From Candidatus Planktophila sp. (GTDB lineage: Bacteria; Actinomycetota; Actinomycetes; Nanopelagicales; Nanopelagicaceae): DNA of 64,000 bases. Of this stretch, positions 62,581 through 64,000 are shown piece after piece (the stretch's first letter is position 1; each line of letters starts with the position of its first letter). The translations under genes were made by a program, and so were the position numbers. The notes below the pieces were generated by a model. That model was not told the origin of the DNA. It ran no database searches and saw nothing but the letters and a program-made list of their open reading frames with translations. The stretch covers positions 54,972 through 118,971 of the forward strand of contig JBIIKH010000001.1 of NCBI GenBank assembly GCA_044233285.1. The letters are read 5' to 3'.

Positions 62581-62704
62581 GGACTAATCCTCAAAGGGCT
62601 GTGGGGTGAGTCCTAATTCTAAAGCAGATTAGGTAAGGGTGAATAGGTACAAGCGTGAGAATTAGGGGTGAAAGAGGGTTGCCTCCCTACCTGTTCACCT
62701 TCTA

Positions 62705-64000
62705 TTAATAGCCGCGAAGTGTTGCTAAAACTGAATCTAGTTCATCAGGCTTGACCATAACGGTACGCGCCTTTGAGCCCTCAGATGGACCAACGATACC
62801 TCGAGACTCCATCAAATCCATTAAGCGACCGGCCTTTGCAAATCCGATTCGTAGCTTTCTTTGTAGCATTGAAGTTGAACCAAACTGAGTACCAACAACT
62901 AATTCAACCGCCTGACATAACTCATCAAGATCATCACCGATTTCCTTGTCAATCATTTTCATTTGATTAACAGGTGCTGTTACATCATCGCGATAGCGTG
63001 GTTTTAACTGCTTTTTCACATGGGTCGTTACCGCTTCAATTTCTCGCTCCGAAACATATGCACCTTGAATTCGAATTGCTCGGCTTGAACCCATAGGAAT
63101 AAACAAGGCATCGCCCTGTCCGACTAACTTTTCAGCACCTGGTGTATCCAGAATAACGCGACTATCAGCAAGTGAACTTGTTGCAAAAGACAGGCGGGAT
63201 GGAACGTTGGCCTTAATCAGACCAGTAACCACATCAACAGATGGACGTTGGGTTGCCAGCACAAGGTGGATACCTGCTGACCGCGCCAACTGGGTAATTC
63301 GCACAACGGATTCTTCAACCTCTTTAGCGGCAACCATCATTAAATCTGCGAGCTCATCAATGATGACAAGCAGATACGGATATGGCTCAATAGTGCGATC
63401 ACTACCTGGTGGAGGAACTACCTTTCCGGATCGTACTGCCTTATTGAAATCATCAATATGTCTGAACCCAAATGTCGATAGATCCTCATAACGAAGATCC
63501 ATTTCTCGAACCACCCACGTCAAAGCATCTGCAGCTTTTTTAGGGTTGGTAATAATGGGAGTGATCAGGTGAGGTATACCCTCATATGCATTGAGTTCTA
63601 CACGTTTAGGGTCAATCAAAACTAATCGCACATCATCAGGAGTAGAGCGCATTAATATCGAGGTAATCATGGCATTAATCATTGAAGACTTACCTGCACC
63701 AGTTGCACCAGCAACTAAAAGGTGCGGCATCTTGGCAAGATTTGCACAAACATAGTTACCCTCAACATCTTTACCTAAGGCAACAAGCATTGGATGGAGA
63801 TCTTGTCCTGCCACTGTTGAGCGTAAAACATCGCCTAATGCCACAATTTCGCGATCAGCGTTTGGAATTTCAATTCCCACCGCAGACTTACCTGGAATAG
63901 GCGAAAGTATTCGAACATCGCTGCTTGCAACGGCGTAGGAAATATTCTTAGCAAGAGCGGTAATTCGCTCTACCTTCACCGCGTTACCGAGCTCCACTTC
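62705..64000 (-). CDS. ftsK: DNA translocase FtsK (5' part outside window)
   Basis: '[14 protein letters not shown]', 'IDPKRVEL', 'IIDELADLM', 'ATQRPS', gamma domain 'STSMLQRKL'. Confidence 0.95.
   Translation of the reverse strand, partial: EVELGNAVKVERITALAKNISYAVASSDVRILSPIPGKSAVGIEIPNADREIVALGDVLRSTVAGQDLHPMLVALGKDVEGNYVCANLAKMPHLLVAGATGAGKSSMINAMITSILMRSTPDDVRLVLIDPKRVELNAYEGIPHLITPIITNPKKAADALTWVVREMDLRYEDLSTFGFRHIDDFNKAVRSGKVVPPPGSDRTIEPYPYLLVIIDELADLMMVAAKEVEESVVRITQLARSAGIHLVLATQRPSVDVVTGLIKANVPSRLSFATSSLADSRVILDTPGAEKLVGQGDALFIPMGSSRAIRIQGAYVSEREIEAVTTHVKKQLKPRYRDDVTAPVNQMKMIDKEIGDDLDELCQAVELVVGTQFGSTSMLQRKLRIGFAKAGRLMDLMESRGIVGPSEGSKARTVMVKPDELDSVLATLRGY

Overview
This is a 64 kb core-genome window from a streamlined actinobacterium of moderate GC. 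Gene content, tiny or overlapping intergenic spaces and loss of usual neighbours suggest the freshwater acI lineage (Nanopelagicales, Planktophila-like); this is inferred, not confirmed. It holds about 67 CDSs for lipid and cell-envelope functions (plsC x2, fadD, fadA/fadB, pimB-like, NlpC/P60, ddl, gpsA, pgsA), central metabolism (glk, dxs, acnA, leuCD), tRNA and ribosome functions (miaAB, trmD, rimM, rpsP, rpmF, rpmB, rimO, hflX), SRP (ffh, ftsY), nitrogen uptake (amtB-glnK) and chromosome or repair functions (smc, recG, recA-recX, hup, ftsK). I saw no tRNA, rRNA, CRISPR array or mobile element. The main signal is regulatory. The motif TGTCAGTG-N8-[-10], the actinobacterial RecA-independent/PafBC DNA-damage promoter, precedes recA, a stand-alone Cas4/RecB-like nuclease with a 2+2 Cys signature, and a 57-aa four-cysteine microprotein, suggesting a DNA-damage regulon with uncharacterised members. 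Other observations are a sensor-less 157-aa histidine kinase coupled to an acyl-CoA synthetase, GACAC-N11-(-10) WhiA-type promoters, pervasive leaderless promoters, a structured rpsP-khpA leader, an orphan EfeU with a palindromic operator, and gaps where hemE, glnD and the Trk-associated permease usually sit. Several start codons were moved from the ORF track using promoter or SD evidence. All assignments come from reading motifs; no searches were run.
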